Source: a phage. From it: a stretch of 64,000 nt of DNA. How positions within the stretch are numbered: position 1 is the first letter of the stretch; every line of letters starts with the position of its first letter. The stretch lies in the sequence record PV946933.1; one strand, given 5' to 3'. The notes under the pieces were generated by a model, which did not search any database, was not told where the DNA came from, and saw nothing but the letters and a program-made list of their open reading frames with translations. Of this stretch, positions 46,092 through 56,387 are shown piece by piece. Both the position numbers and the translations under genes were made by a program.

Positions 46092-46337
46092 ATGGCTAGT
46101 ACTCGCGGTTATGTTAATATCAAAACGTTTGAGCAGAAATTAGATGGAAATAAGAAAATTGAAGGAAAGGAAATTTCTGTAGCTTTCCCTCTTTATTCTG
46201 ACGTTCACAAAATTTCTGGCGCTCATTACCAGACATTCCCTTCAGAAAAAGCAGCATATACTACTGTATATGAAGAAAATCAACGTGCTGCGTGGATTGC
46301 TGCAAACGAAGATTTGTGGAAAGTAACTGGCGGTTAA
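46092..46337 (+). CDS. soc: small outer capsid protein Soc
   Basis: 81 aa, recalled as near-identical to T4 Soc; late promoter TATAAATA at 46054-46061. Confidence 0.88.
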   Translation: MASTRGYVNIKTFEQKLDGNKKIEGKEISVAFPLYSDVHKISGAHYQTFPSEKAAYTTVYEENQRAAWIAANEDLWKVTGG

Positions 46338-46344
46338 TAATTCA

Positions 46345-46370
46345 AGGACTCCTTCGGGAGTCCTTTTTTC
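46345..46370 (+). terminator. intrinsic terminator after soc
   Basis: GGACTCC-TTCG-GGAGTCC plus T6. Confidence 0.85.
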
Positions 46371-46379
46371 ATTTAAACG

Positions 46380-46409
46380 GTTTACTTTCCAAAATGAGTA
46401 TGGTATAAT
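46380..46409 (+). promoter_or_regulatory. T4-type early promoter
   Basis: GTTTAC-N18-TATAAT. Confidence 0.65.
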
Positions 46410-46435
46410 AGAATTATCTTATAGAGGAGAGCGCT

Positions 46436-46642
46436 ATGTTAAATCGTTGGATTAAACCAAATGAAGATTTAGATATTATCATTTCACGACATGTAATGAA
46501 GAAATATGAACTACAGCCATGGTCTACAGAAGTTGTTGTACATTCATTTATGATGTACGCAGATGGTTCTGTCGAATTTAATGCAGAGATTCGATATGAT
46601 TATGGTGAGAAGCAAGTTGAATTCAAGAGAGGCTTTTTGTAA
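46436..46642 (+). CDS. hypothetical small protein (68 aa)
   Basis: Early promoter 46380-46409. Confidence 0.45.
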   Translation: MLNRWIKPNEDLDIIISRHVMKKYELQPWSTEVVVHSFMMYADGSVEFNAEIRYDYGEKQVEFKRGFL

Positions 46643-46983
46643 TGTTTATCTTTAACTGGTTTAAAAATTTCTTTACGGATTTTTTCTTTACAGCTCCTGG
46701 AGAAGGTGTAGTTCCTATTTCAAATGACTACCTTCCTTTAACTGTAGTTGAATATGTTTATATGGGAGATGGAACAGTAGAAGCGGTTACTATGACTTAT
46801 GAAGAAGCCCAGGAATATTATAAAAATCCTTGGCGCTGGTCAACACCTACTGTATCATCTAACGCACAGAATACACAGTCTAGTTCTGATTCATATGATA
46901 CTAATGTTCCTGTTCATGTATGGGCGGGCGATTCATGTGGAAGTTCTTGTGATTCTAGTTGTTCATCTACATCTTGTGATTGA
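46642..46983 (+). CDS. hypothetical protein with Cys/Ser-rich C-terminal tail (113 aa)
   Basis: C-terminus [18 protein letters not shown]. Confidence 0.45.
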   Translation: MFIFNWFKNFFTDFFFTAPGEGVVPISNDYLPLTVVEYVYMGDGTVEAVTMTYEEAQEYYKNPWRWSTPTVSSNAQNTQSSSDSYDTNVPVHVWAGDSCGSSCDSSCSSTSCD

Positions 46984-46991
46984 GGAAAATT

Positions 46992-47477
46992 ATGGAAGCG
47001 ATTTTGTTTGAAATGTATATTAGCAGTAATAGTATGTCGTTTGCTAAAGACGTTCCAATTACTGTAGCAGTAATGATTGATAAGGGTTATTGTGACCCAA
47101 TGTATCTCGTAGAAAATTTCGTTTCAATGCCAGTTCCAGAAGATGCTGAAATAAAACTTAAAAAGATTGGTATCATTGAAACTGTACCAAATATTCCATT
47201 TAGAGCAATTGAAGCATTTACTAAATCCGAATACATTAATGTTAGCGCAGAACAATATAATGATAAGCCTTTATCTTTTTATTCGTACGATTCACTATAT
47301 AGTTGGAAAATAGATAAAGGAAATAAATTTATAATTGCAAGTGAAGATGCGTTATCATACTTTATTTCTTCTGTATGGAATAGTTTACATCCAAATTTGC
47401 TAAAAATTCATGAATTTGATGATGCTCCTACTGTTGTTTTGGGTAAAGTAAATGAAAGTTCTGAAGAAAATGCTTGA
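46992..47477 (+). CDS. hypothetical protein, 161 aa (size and position compatible with Mrh)
   Basis: RBS GAGG before ATG 46992; track start is TTG. Confidence 0.45.
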   Translation: MEAILFEMYISSNSMSFAKDVPITVAVMIDKGYCDPMYLVENFVSMPVPEDAEIKLKKIGIIETVPNIPFRAIEAFTKSEYINVSAEQYNDKPLSFYSYDSLYSWKIDKGNKFIIASEDALSYFISSVWNSLHPNLLKIHEFDDAPTVVLGKVNESSEENA

Positions 47478-47655
47478 ATGGTTCAGTAGACCAAACTCAA
47501 TGTATATTGACGATGGTTGGGTTGAACAGGCAAATAAAGAAATGCAGAATGAATCAGAAGAATGGATGAAATCAATGATTAGTGCTGAGAAAGAAAAGAA
47601 ATTAGAACGCTCAGCGCTTAAATTGATGAGAGACATCTATGGGGATAAATCATGA
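47452..47655 (+). CDS. hypothetical small protein (67 aa)
   Basis: ORF. Confidence 0.4.
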   Translation: MKVLKKMLEWFSRPNSMYIDDGWVEQANKEMQNESEEWMKSMISAEKEKKLERSALKLMRDIYGDKS

Positions 47656-47808
47656 ACAGAGATATAACGTTAGAAGAGGCCAAGGCTAAAGCAAATGAAG
47701 CATTGGATTTGCTTCTTAAAATTGGCAGTAAAATGATGGAAGAAAATGAGAAATATATCCAGGAAAACAAAATTCCTGACGGTCCATTAGTAGGCAAGAG
47801 GAAATCGA

Positions 47809-48291
47809 ATGATTGAAGTAGCAAAACATTATTCAATAGAATTTATGTCTAAAGAAGGTAAATCAGTAAATACACTTGATAAAAAATGCTCATTAATTAT
47901 TCCTTTAGCAGAAAATCCGGATATTTTAATTAAAGATATAAAAGAAAGAAAATATCCAGAAAATGTTATTCTAATTATAAAGCATACTGAAGATATTTTG
48001 CAGAATACTGATTCACCATTTTCTTCTTCTGAAGCTTTAACTATCAAAGGCTATAAAAGAGCTCATGAATATGGTCTTTTTAGCCTGTTTGAAGATGATA
48101 ACGTTAAATTAGCACTTAATTTAGCAGGTCAACCTTCTAAAAGTAAAACATTCATTATTGAAGATATTAAAGATATAAATGCATTTGTTAAGATGGTCTG
48201 GGCTCATTTTGATGTTGGACTACGCTGGAGAATGTCCGAAGAAGAAAGAAAAATTATTGAAGCTAATCGTTATTTTGGTTTTTATCGCTAG
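47809..48291 (+). CDS. hypothetical protein (160 aa)
   Basis: ORF. Confidence 0.45.
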   Translation: MIEVAKHYSIEFMSKEGKSVNTLDKKCSLIIPLAENPDILIKDIKERKYPENVILIIKHTEDILQNTDSPFSSSEALTIKGYKRAHEYGLFSLFEDDNVKLALNLAGQPSKSKTFIIEDIKDINAFVKMVWAHFDVGLRWRMSEEERKIIEANRYFGFYR

Positions 48292-48299
48292 GAATTAAT

Positions 48300-48482
48300 A
48301 TGGATTTATTTGAGATGTTAGAAGATAATCATTCTACGAATATCCAGAATGATTCTAGTGATTATAAGAAAGAGTACCGTATAGTATTACAGAATTATGG
48401 AATTGAAGCCCCAGATGCTCTTCTAGAAGAACTAGCTTCATACCATCTTGACCCTCCGCCCTGGGCTCCCTGGGCAAAATAA
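48300..48482 (+). CDS. hypothetical small acidic protein (60 aa)
   Basis: ORF. Confidence 0.4.
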   Translation: MDLFEMLEDNHSTNIQNDSSDYKKEYRIVLQNYGIEAPDALLEELASYHLDPPPWAPWAK

Positions 48483-48493
48483 TTCAAAAAGTT

Positions 48494-48523
48494 GTTTACT
48501 TTCCTTCCTAACAATGATATGAT
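48494..48523 (+). promoter_or_regulatory. T4-type early promoter upstream of modB
   Basis: GTTTAC-N18-TATGAT. Confidence 0.55.
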
Positions 48524-48549
48524 AGCTTCTGAAGTATATGGAGGCTATC

Positions 48550-49173
48550 ATGATTATTAATCTTGCAGATGTTGAACAGTTATCTATAAAAGCTGAAAGT
48601 GTTGATTTTCAATATGATATGTATAAAAAGGTCTGTGAAAAATTTACTGACTTTGAACAGTCAGTTCTTTGGCAATGTATGGAAGCCAAAAAGAATGAAG
48701 CTCTTCATCGGCAGTTGAATAAAATCGTTAAAAAGCATTTAACTGAATCACCTTATCAGTTATATCGTGGTATATCAAAATCGACAAAAGAACTCATTAA
48801 AGATTTACAAGTTGGAGAAGTGTTTTCAACGAACAGAGTAGATTCATTTACTACTAGTTTGCACACAGCATGCGGTTTTTCTTATGCTGAATATTTCACT
48901 GAAATAATATTTCGCTTAAAAACTGATAAAGCTTTTAATTACTCTGACCATATCAGCGATATTATACTTTCTTCTCCTAATACTGAGTTTAAGTATACAT
49001 ATGAAGATACTGATGGATTAGATTCAGAACGTACTGATAACTTAATGATGATTGTGCGTGAACAAGAATGGATGATTCCAATTGGAAAGTATAAAATAAC
49101 TTCTATTTCAAAAGAAAAATTACACGATTCATTTGGAACATTTAAAGTGTATGATATTGAGGTAGTTGAATGA
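48550..49173 (+). CDS. modB: ADP-ribosyltransferase ModB
   Basis: 207 aa from ATG 48550; ART motifs R (YRGIS), S-T-S-like, E-x-E (EQEWMIP). Confidence 0.8.
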   Translation: MIINLADVEQLSIKAESVDFQYDMYKKVCEKFTDFEQSVLWQCMEAKKNEALHRQLNKIVKKHLTESPYQLYRGISKSTKELIKDLQVGEVFSTNRVDSFTTSLHTACGFSYAEYFTEIIFRLKTDKAFNYSDHISDIILSSPNTEFKYTYEDTDGLDSERTDNLMMIVREQEWMIPIGKYKITSISKEKLHDSFGTFKVYDIEVVE

Positions 49174-49772
49174 AATATTCAGCAATGCAATTAAAAGATT
49201 TTAAAATCAAATCAATGGATGCATCGGTGCGTGCTTCTATTCGTGAAGAATTACTTTCTGAAGGATTTAATTTATCTGAAATTGAACTTTTAATTCATTG
49301 TATTACTAATAAGCCAGACGATCATTCTTGGTTAAATGAAATAATCAAATCTCGTTTGGAACCAAACGATAAACCTCTTTGGAGAGGTATTCCAGTTGAG
49401 ACTAAGCAGGCGTTAAATCAAGGAATTGATATTATTACATTTGATAAAGTAGTATCAGCTTCATATGATAAAAATATAGCTCTACATTTTGCTTCTGGAT
49501 TAGAATACAATACACAAGTTATTTTTGAATTCAAAGCTCCTATGGTATTTAATTTTCAGGAGTATGCTATAAAAGCTCTACGTTGTAAAGAATATAGCCC
49601 AAGTTTTAAGTTTCCGGATAGCCATCGTTATCGTAATATGGAATTAGTTTCAGATGAACAGGAAGTAATGATACCAGCTGGAAGTGTATTTAGAATTGCA
49701 GATAGATATGAGTATAAAAAGTATTCAACATACACTATCTATACTCTTGACTTTGAAGGATTTAATCTATAA
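49170..49772 (+). CDS. modA: ADP-ribosyltransferase ModA
   Basis: 200 aa; ART motifs R (WRGI) and E-x-E (EQEVMIP). Confidence 0.8.
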   Translation: MKYSAMQLKDFKIKSMDASVRASIREELLSEGFNLSEIELLIHCITNKPDDHSWLNEIIKSRLEPNDKPLWRGIPVETKQALNQGIDIITFDKVVSASYDKNIALHFASGLEYNTQVIFEFKAPMVFNFQEYAIKALRCKEYSPSFKFPDSHRYRNMELVSDEQEVMIPAGSVFRIADRYEYKKYSTYTIYTLDFEGFNL

Positions 49773-49828
49773 TGGAAGGACTTAGATTCATTATACCATG
49801 AAAGTTTTAAAGCATTTTTCATAAAGTT

Positions 49829-49858
49829 GTTTACAAGCTGAAGTAAAAATGATATAGT
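49829..49858 (+). promoter_or_regulatory. T4-type early promoter
   Basis: GTTTACAAG-N-TATAGT. Confidence 0.6.
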
Positions 49859-49895
49859 ATATAATATAAGTAGTTAACCCGTCCGTGAGAAAAAT

Positions 49896-50642
49896 ATGAA
49901 ACTGTCTAAAAATCAAATTCGTAAAATTACACGTCGTTTAGAGCATACTCAGGCATCTGCTAAAAGACGTTCTAAAGATTTTAACTTAGACTTCAATTAC
50001 ATTAAGAACATTTTAGATCAGAAAGTTTGCGCTTACTCGGGAGAACCTTTTGATAATCGTATTGAAGGAGAGAAATTATCATTAGAACGTTTTGATAATA
50101 ACGTTGGATACATTAAAGGGAATGTTATTGCAGTAAAGAAAAAGTATAATACATTTCGTTCTGATTATACTTTAGAAGAGTTGATTGAAAAGCGTGATTT
50201 GTTTGCTTTACGAATTGGTCGTTCATCTGCGAAAAAAGTTCATAAACTAAATTTAGATGAAAAGAAATGGGCTAAAATCAAAAAGACTTATAATCAAATT
50301 AAAGCTATACAGAAAAAACGCGAAAACCGAATTGAGCACATTTCTCAGCTTTCTAAATCAAAACAAACTTCTGACGTTAAGCTAACGATTATAGCACTTA
50401 AAGCTCGTATTGATGGTTCTCGTATAGCAGAAGGCGCTGAAGTTGTTAAATTGAACGTTCTTCTTAAAGGCTCGGATTGGAAAACCGTGAAAAAGTTGTC
50501 AGAAGCAGAAATGCAATATGATATGTGTGATAAAATTATTCAAGGTGTAGAGCGGTATCAAAACTTGTCTTTTATTGATAAACTTAAACTGAAAAGAGGA
50601 TACCCGCTAAATTGTTCAATTTTTAAACTTATCCGAGGATAA
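49896..50642 (+). CDS. hypothetical basic protein (248 aa) with HNH-like segment; position compatible with srd
   Basis: LSLERFDNNVGYIKGNVIAV resembles an HNH-type motif. Confidence 0.4.
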   Translation: MKLSKNQIRKITRRLEHTQASAKRRSKDFNLDFNYIKNILDQKVCAYSGEPFDNRIEGEKLSLERFDNNVGYIKGNVIAVKKKYNTFRSDYTLEELIEKRDLFALRIGRSSAKKVHKLNLDEKKWAKIKKTYNQIKAIQKKRENRIEHISQLSKSKQTSDVKLTIIALKARIDGSRIAEGAEVVKLNVLLKGSDWKTVKKLSEAEMQYDMCDKIIQGVERYQNLSFIDKLKLKRGYPLNCSIFKLIRG

Positions 50643-50643
50643 T

Positions 50644-50955
50644 ATGTTTTATGTATATGCGATAGTGTATAGAGATAAAGATGGATTTGCGGTGCCTGTT
50701 CCTCTTGATGAACACCGCCCTGCTGTATTTTTTGAAAGGGAGATTGCTGATAAAGTATTTACAACTCTTAAAGAGCAGTATCGACTAGCTTTAGGTATGG
50801 GAATTCCGAGATTAGTTGAGACTCCACGCAAGTTTTGGTTTAATAAAATAGAAGTTAAACATGTTAAGCCTGATGTAGACACACAAAGATTATATCGGCG
50901 AATTTTAGATACTGGGCGTATTGTTAGTATACCAATTGCAGGGAATTTACGATGA
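50644..50955 (+). CDS. hypothetical protein (103 aa)
   Basis: ORF immediately upstream of dda. Confidence 0.45.
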   Translation: MFYVYAIVYRDKDGFAVPVPLDEHRPAVFFEREIADKVFTTLKEQYRLALGMGIPRLVETPRKFWFNKIEVKHVKPDVDTQRLYRRILDTGRIVSIPIAGNLR

Positions 50956-52271
50956 CATTTGATGATTTGACTGAAGGCCAGAAAAATGCCTTTAACATCG
51001 TTATGAGGGCTATCAAAGAAAAGAAACATCATGTAACTATTAATGGACCTGCTGGTACTGGTAAGACTACTCTTACTAAGTTCATCATTGAAGCCTTAAT
51101 ATCTACGGGCGAAACTGGCATTATTTTAGCAGCTCCTACTCATGCAGCTAAAAAGATTCTTTCAAAACTGTCAGGGAAAGAAGCGAGTACTATTCACAGT
51201 ATTCTTAAAATTAACCCAGTAACATACGAAGAAAACGTTCTTTTTGAGCAAAAAGAAGTACCGGATTTGGCTAAATGCAGAGTATTAATCTGCGACGAAG
51301 TATCAATGTATGATAGAAAGCTATTTAAAATTCTGCTTTCAACTATTCCACCTTGGTGTACTATAATTGGAATAGGCGATAATAAGCAAATTAGACCTGT
51401 TGACCCAGGAGAAAACACTGCTTATATCAGTCCATTCTTTACGCACAAAGATTTTTATCAGTGTGAACTCACTGAAGTTAAACGCAGTAATGCTCCTATT
51501 ATTGATGTAGCTACTGATGTTCGCAACGGTAAGTGGATTTATGATAAAGTTGTTGACGGGCATGGAGTACGTGGATTTACTGGTGATACCGCTTTACGCG
51601 ATTTTATGGTAAATTATTTTTCAATCGTAAAATCACTAGATGATTTGTTTGAAAATCGTGTAATGGCATTTACGAATAAATCTGTTGACAAGTTAAATAG
51701 CATTATTCGTAAAAAGATTTTTGAAACTGATAAAGATTTTATTGTCGGTGAAATTATTGTAATGCAGGAACCATTAATTAAAACATATAAAATTGATGGA
51801 AAGCCTGTGTCAGAAATTATTTTTAATAACGGACAATTAGTTCGTATTATAGAAGCAGAATATACATCGACGTTTGTTAAAGCTCGTGGTGTTTCTGGGG
51901 AATATCTAATTCGTCATTGGGATTTAACAGTAGAAACTTACGGCGATGATGAATATTATCGTGAAAAGATTAAAATAATTTCATCTGATGAAGAGCTGTA
52001 TAAGTTTAACTTATTTTTAGGTAAAACGGCAGAAACTTATAAAAATTGGAATAAAGGTGGAAAAGCTCCGTGGAGCGATTTTTGGGATGCTAAATCACAG
52101 TTTAGTAAAGTGAAAGCACTTCCCGCATCAACATTCCATAAAGCTCAGGGTATGTCTGTAGACCGTGCTTTTATCTATACACCTTGCATTCATTATGCAG
52201 ATGCTGAACTAGCTCAGCAGCTTCTTTATGTTGGTGTCACTCGTGGTCGTTATGATGTGTTTTATGTGTGA
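50952..52271 (+). CDS. dda: SF1 DNA helicase Dda
   Basis: 439 aa; Walker A GPAGTGKTT; Walker B LICDEVSM. Confidence 0.92.
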   Translation: MTFDDLTEGQKNAFNIVMRAIKEKKHHVTINGPAGTGKTTLTKFIIEALISTGETGIILAAPTHAAKKILSKLSGKEASTIHSILKINPVTYEENVLFEQKEVPDLAKCRVLICDEVSMYDRKLFKILLSTIPPWCTIIGIGDNKQIRPVDPGENTAYISPFFTHKDFYQCELTEVKRSNAPIIDVATDVRNGKWIYDKVVDGHGVRGFTGDTALRDFMVNYFSIVKSLDDLFENRVMAFTNKSVDKLNSIIRKKIFETDKDFIVGEIIVMQEPLIKTYKIDGKPVSEIIFNNGQLVRIIEAEYTSTFVKARGVSGEYLIRHWDLTVETYGDDEYYREKIKIISSDEELYKFNLFLGKTAETYKNWNKGGKAPWSDFWDAKSQFSKVKALPASTFHKAQGMSVDRAFIYTPCIHYADAELAQQLLYVGVTRGRYDVFYV

Positions 52272-52277
52272 GGATAT

Positions 52278-52538
52278 ATGATTAACATCAATTCAAAATA
52301 TTTAAATCGTCTAATAGATGGTATAAAGAAGCATACTGATAAGCAAGATAATCTCAGTGTTATGGTAACAGGAGCTGAGCTCCTTTATAAGCTTAATCTT
52401 ATAAGTGATACTATACTAGCAATTAAACGAATTGAAAAACAATCATATCACAGTAATACAGATACGGTAATTACGCTAGATGAAAGTGTCTGTAAGCTGC
52501 TGATTAAATTTGAGGAAGCTATTTGTGGAAATAACTAA
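52278..52538 (+). CDS. hypothetical small protein (86 aa)
   Basis: ORF. Confidence 0.4.
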   Translation: MININSKYLNRLIDGIKKHTDKQDNLSVMVTGAELLYKLNLISDTILAIKRIEKQSYHSNTDTVITLDESVCKLLIKFEEAICGNN

Positions 52539-52770
52539 AGACCAGTTTTATCTGCTTCAAGATAAAGTGAGTGAAATTTATGAAATAGCTTATAGTAAAA
52601 ATCGCAAAAACGTGAAAATTGAATCGGGAAAGTTAATGCTTCAATTGGAAGAAATTGAACGAGATTTGATTGCATTAGAATTCTTTTGCGGTGAAGTGAA
52701 AACTGTTACAATCAGTGATTATGTTTTAGGTGAAATTAGCCATCTTTATAAGGCGGTTATTAATGATTGA
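52510..52770 (+). CDS. hypothetical small protein (86 aa), paralog of the next ORF
   Basis: Shared pattern around EEIERDLIALEFF / EEIQKDIESMAKF and DY-x-GxI. Confidence 0.4.
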   Translation: MRKLFVEITKDQFYLLQDKVSEIYEIAYSKNRKNVKIESGKLMLQLEEIERDLIALEFFCGEVKTVTISDYVLGEISHLYKAVIND

Positions 52771-53005
52771 ATTAAGTTTGCATCAGTTTAAATCTCTTAT
52801 GGCAAATGTTAAAGCTGTCATTCAAGAAAATCCAGGACCTGATAATGTTACTATTCGCGAAAAAGCTTTAAAGATAGTATACAGTCTTGAAGAGATACAA
52901 AAAGATATTGAATCTATGGCAAAATTTATTGATGAGCCCATTAATAAAGTTTATATCCAAGATTATACTGTAGGTCAAATTCGCGATTTAGCGAGGAAAA
53001 TTTAA
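52730..53005 (+). CDS. hypothetical small protein (about 80-91 aa)
   Basis: See above. Confidence 0.4.
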   Translation: MKLAIFIRRLLMIELSLHQFKSLMANVKAVIQENPGPDNVTIREKALKIVYSLEEIQKDIESMAKFIDEPINKVYIQDYTVGQIRDLARKI

Positions 53006-53688
53006 TGTTTGATTTTATTATAGATTTTGAAACAATGGGAAGCGGTGAAAAGGCAGCTGTTATTGATTTGGCTGTTATTGCCTTTGACCCTAATCCAGAA
53101 GTAGTTGAATCATTTGATGAATTAGTTTCACGCGGCATTAAAATCAAGTTTGATTTAAAAAGTCAAAAAGGACATCGTCTTTTTACTAAAAGCACTATCG
53201 AATGGTGGAAAAATCAGTCTCCTGAAGCTCGAAAAAATATTGCACCGTCGGATGAAGATGTAAGCACTATCGATGGTATTGTAAAATTTAATGATTACAT
53301 CAATGCACATAACATCGATCCTTGGAAATCTCAAGGATGGTGCCGTGGGATGTCGTTTGATTTTCCAATTTTAGTCGATCTCATTCGCGATATTCAACGT
53401 TTTAACGGCGTTTCTGAGAATGAACTTGACACATTTAAGTTAGAACCATGTAAATTCTGGAATCAGCGTGATATTCGTACCAGAATTGAAGCACTTCTGC
53501 TTGTTCGTGATATGACCACGTGTCCTCTTCCAAAGGGAACTTTAGATGGATTCGTTGCGCATGATTCTATTCATGACTGTGCGAAAGACATCCTGATGAT
53601 GAAGTATGCTTTGCGATATGCTATGGGTCTTGAAGATGCTCCGTCAGAGGAAGAGTGCGATCCTCTATCTCTTCCAACAAAACGATAA
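53005..53688 (+). CDS. dexA: exonuclease A (DEDD family)
   Basis: 227 aa; N-terminal DFET motif. Confidence 0.85.
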   Translation: MFDFIIDFETMGSGEKAAVIDLAVIAFDPNPEVVESFDELVSRGIKIKFDLKSQKGHRLFTKSTIEWWKNQSPEARKNIAPSDEDVSTIDGIVKFNDYINAHNIDPWKSQGWCRGMSFDFPILVDLIRDIQRFNGVSENELDTFKLEPCKFWNQRDIRTRIEALLLVRDMTTCPLPKGTLDGFVAHDSIHDCAKDILMMKYALRYAMGLEDAPSEEECDPLSLPTKR

Positions 53689-53694
53689 AAAGTT

Positions 53695-53724
53695 GTTTAC
53701 TTCCTCGGTTAGTTGTGGTATTAT
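53695..53724 (+). promoter_or_regulatory. T4-type early promoter
   Basis: GTTTAC-N18-TATTAT. Confidence 0.65.
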
Positions 53725-53751
53725 AACACCATAGCTACTGAGGATAATAAA

Positions 53752-54252
53752 ATGAAAATTTATCGTGTTGAATCATCGTTTAGTATTCTTGATTATGAAG
53801 ATGCTATAACAATACGTCGAAATCTTTGTGTTCAAATAACACCGTACAGGAGTATAATAGATTCATGGAGCGAAGAGTGGCTATTACACGTAGGTTATGA
53901 CAGACCTAATTTTATGCATCATAGCGATAATAATAAAAGAATTCCTTTACCACACGAAGATAAACTATTAGTTAAAAACGCTAATATAGTAATTAATACT
54001 AAGTTCAAGAAAGATTATGTTGGAGTAGAATATCATATTCCAGGATGGTTTATAGCTCTTTATCATTTTGCTTTCGCTAGTGAATATGATATGATGAGAT
54101 GGTTCACACGAGAAGAGCGGGAAGAATTATCTTCTAAAGGATTTTATCTCGCTGTATACGAAGTTCCTGAAGATGAAGTTATCATTGGCGGGCACCAAGT
54201 AATGTTCCGCAAATCGCATGCTGAACTCATAGATTTTATTGAAATGAGATAA
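53752..54252 (+). CDS. hypothetical protein (166 aa from internal ATG)
   Basis: Early promoter 53695-53724 and RBS GAGGATAA. Confidence 0.45.
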   Translation: MKIYRVESSFSILDYEDAITIRRNLCVQITPYRSIIDSWSEEWLLHVGYDRPNFMHHSDNNKRIPLPHEDKLLVKNANIVINTKFKKDYVGVEYHIPGWFIALYHFAFASEYDMMRWFTREEREELSSKGFYLAVYEVPEDEVIIGGHQVMFRKSHAELIDFIEMR

Positions 54253-54254
54253 TT

Positions 54255-54797
54255 ATGAAATTTAATTATACTCCTGAATACATACCAAATCCGGTAGCTA
54301 AACTGATTGATTTTGATGTTGTAAGCACTTATGTATGCCCTGTTAAACCACTGGAAATTAAGGAACCTACTATGACTACCGCTATTGAAATCGGCAAAAC
54401 CTACAAACTGGTTGAAACTGAAATTAAAACCAATGCCTTGATTTCCGGCTATAAAACTTTGACTGATGTTTTTGGCGAAGGCGAATTTACTGTTGAAGAC
54501 TTTGAAAAAAGTAAATGGTTTACTAAATCTTATATTGTCCACGGTCGTCGTTTAGACAATAACAAAATAGAGAAAATCCTGGTTTATGAAGCAGAGTTCA
54601 TCCTGTTCCAAGAAGTTGAAGAACAAGACCCTACTGACCTTCTAACTCATGCTGTAGCTATCAAGACTCCATTTATTTCGGTCTGTGGCTGGGTAACAGA
54701 CCAGTGGATTGAAGATGGTGTTGAACTTCTGAACGTTGTTCATGCAGGTGATTTTAGTGTAGTACCTCGTAGTGCGGTGGTAGCTATTTTAAATTAA
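54255..54797 (+). CDS. hypothetical protein (180 aa), paralog of 54873-55370
   Basis: Shared C-terminal motif ITDQW(I/V)EDGV(E/K)L(L/Y)N(V/A)V. Confidence 0.5.
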   Translation: MKFNYTPEYIPNPVAKLIDFDVVSTYVCPVKPLEIKEPTMTTAIEIGKTYKLVETEIKTNALISGYKTLTDVFGEGEFTVEDFEKSKWFTKSYIVHGRRLDNNKIEKILVYEAEFILFQEVEEQDPTDLLTHAVAIKTPFISVCGWVTDQWIEDGVELLNVVHAGDFSVVPRSAVVAILN

Positions 54798-54799
54798 TA

Positions 54800-54829
54800 G
54801 TTTACAAACTCTTGGGACCAGAGTATAAT
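54800..54829 (+). promoter_or_regulatory. T4-type early promoter inside inverted repeat
   Basis: GTTTAC-N18-TATAAT; arms GGGACC 54814-54819 / GGTCCC 54830-54835. Confidence 0.65.
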
Positions 54830-54872
54830 GGTCCCTGGAGTATAAAATCTTTTTAACAAGTGAGAGATAACT

Positions 54873-55370
54873 ATGATTATTAATATTGGTGAAATTGCTC
54901 GTGTATCTGATAAATCCCGTTCTAAAGCAGCAGGAAAATTGGTTGAAATTGTAAGCATTCAGCTTAAACGTGGTGTTAAAGACGAAGATTCTGAAGTAAA
55001 AGTGCGTATCATTCCTAAAGATGGAAAGTCTAAACCTCAGTTTGGCTATGTTCGTGCGAAATTTCTTGAATCTGCGTTTTTGAAAGCTGTTCCTGCTAAA
55101 GGAATTGAAACGATTGATACTTCGCATGTAGGTGTAGACTTTAAGTGGAAACTCGGTCAGGCTATTAAGTTCATTGCTCCTTATGAATTCGAATTTACTG
55201 AAGATGAGGAAGGGGTTGTTCAAAAACACCGTACTCGTGCTATGTGCGCATACATTACCGATCAGTGGGTAGAAGATGGCGTTAAGTTGTACAACGCAGT
55301 ATTTTTAGGAACATACAAAGTCATTCCCGAAAGTTGGATTAAACACTATAGCAAAGCCCGCTATGCATAA
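54873..55370 (+). CDS. hypothetical protein (165 aa), paralog of 54255-54797; position compatible with motB
   Basis: See above; early promoter 54800-54829. Confidence 0.5.
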   Translation: MIINIGEIARVSDKSRSKAAGKLVEIVSIQLKRGVKDEDSEVKVRIIPKDGKSKPQFGYVRAKFLESAFLKAVPAKGIETIDTSHVGVDFKWKLGQAIKFIAPYEFEFTEDEEGVVQKHRTRAMCAYITDQWVEDGVKLYNAVFLGTYKVIPESWIKHYSKARYA

Positions 55371-55371
55371 A

Positions 55372-55470
55372 ATTTAAAATTTTTCATAAAACTATATACA
55401 TCAGTAGTTGATTATGGTACTATATCAATATCAACTACTGATACAGAAAAACAACTTGGAGAATAAAATG
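55372..55470 (+). repeat. PeSL-like cassette, divergent copy 4
   Basis: TATGGTACTATATCAATATCAACTACTGATACAG...CTTGGAGAATAAAATG; -35 diverged. Confidence 0.6.
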
Positions 55471-55737
55471 GAAAACTTAATTATCATCGAACAATCTTTC
55501 AACGATTATGGTACGGCTTATGGTTATCGTGCGATAATGGAAGATTCTCGTGGATGTGTTATCGATATTGCTGAATGTAAAGATTTACTGCAGCTTTTGA
55601 AGATTGTTCGTAAAAATTGGGATTGTGAAAACATTAAAGTTCGTGTTGTAACGGAAGAAGAAACTGTTTTTCATGATGTAAAATTTGCCAAAGGTGCTGC
55701 TACTCTTCTGAAACGCATCACTCCAATGTTCAATTAA
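55468..55737 (+). CDS. hypothetical protein (89 aa) driven by PeSL-like cassette
   Basis: Conserved leader ...TTGGAGAATAAAATG. Confidence 0.5.
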   Translation: MENLIIIEQSFNDYGTAYGYRAIMEDSRGCVIDIAECKDLLQLLKIVRKNWDCENIKVRVVTEEETVFHDVKFAKGAATLLKRITPMFN

Positions 55738-55750
55738 TGAGGAAATTGTA

Positions 55751-55966
55751 ATGAAACGTAAAATTGTTCAGAACTGCACTAATGACGAATTTGAAGATGT
55801 ATTATTCGATCCAGATTTGGTAGTAGTTCAAAAGGAACACACCATTAAGTTTACCCACTTGACTTCGGTTTATGTGTATGAAAAGGTTGGTGATAAACAA
55901 CCAATTTATGGTGTATTTCGTGAAATTACTGAAGATGGCACAACTTACTGGAAGGAAATTTATTAA
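55751..55966 (+). CDS. hypothetical small protein (71 aa)
   Basis: ORF. Confidence 0.4.
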   Translation: MKRKIVQNCTNDEFEDVLFDPDLVVVQKEHTIKFTHLTSVYVYEKVGDKQPIYGVFREITEDGTTYWKEIY

Positions 55967-56385
55967 TGGCTATTAAATTTGAAGTTAATAAATGGTATCA
56001 ATTTAAAAATAAACAAGCTCAAGAAAATTTTATTAAAGACCATACTGATAACGGAATCTATGCACGACGTTTAGGTATAGAACCTTTTAAAATTTTAGAT
56101 GTTGACTATTACGGGCGTCCTACTAAAATTGTGACATCTACTGGCACAATTGGATATTCAACATGTGGTACAGTCATTGACGAAAACTTTATCTGGCTTT
56201 CTACTAACGAAGCTGAGTTCTTTGATGAAGTGGAAAATCCATATCAGGCATCTGAAGAGCAAGAGCAGGAAGAGCAAGAACAAATAGAAGATTTCACAGA
56301 ATTCCCTGTCATGAAAGTTACTATTGAAAATAATGAACAGGCATGGTCTTTGTATCAGATGTTGAAAGCACATTTTAAGGAATAA
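55966..56385 (+). CDS. hypothetical protein with acidic EQ-rich linker (139 aa)
   Basis: ORF. Confidence 0.45.
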   Translation: MAIKFEVNKWYQFKNKQAQENFIKDHTDNGIYARRLGIEPFKILDVDYYGRPTKIVTSTGTIGYSTCGTVIDENFIWLSTNEAEFFDEVENPYQASEEQEQEEQEQIEDFTEFPVMKVTIENNEQAWSLYQMLKAHFKE

Positions 56386-56387
56386 TT

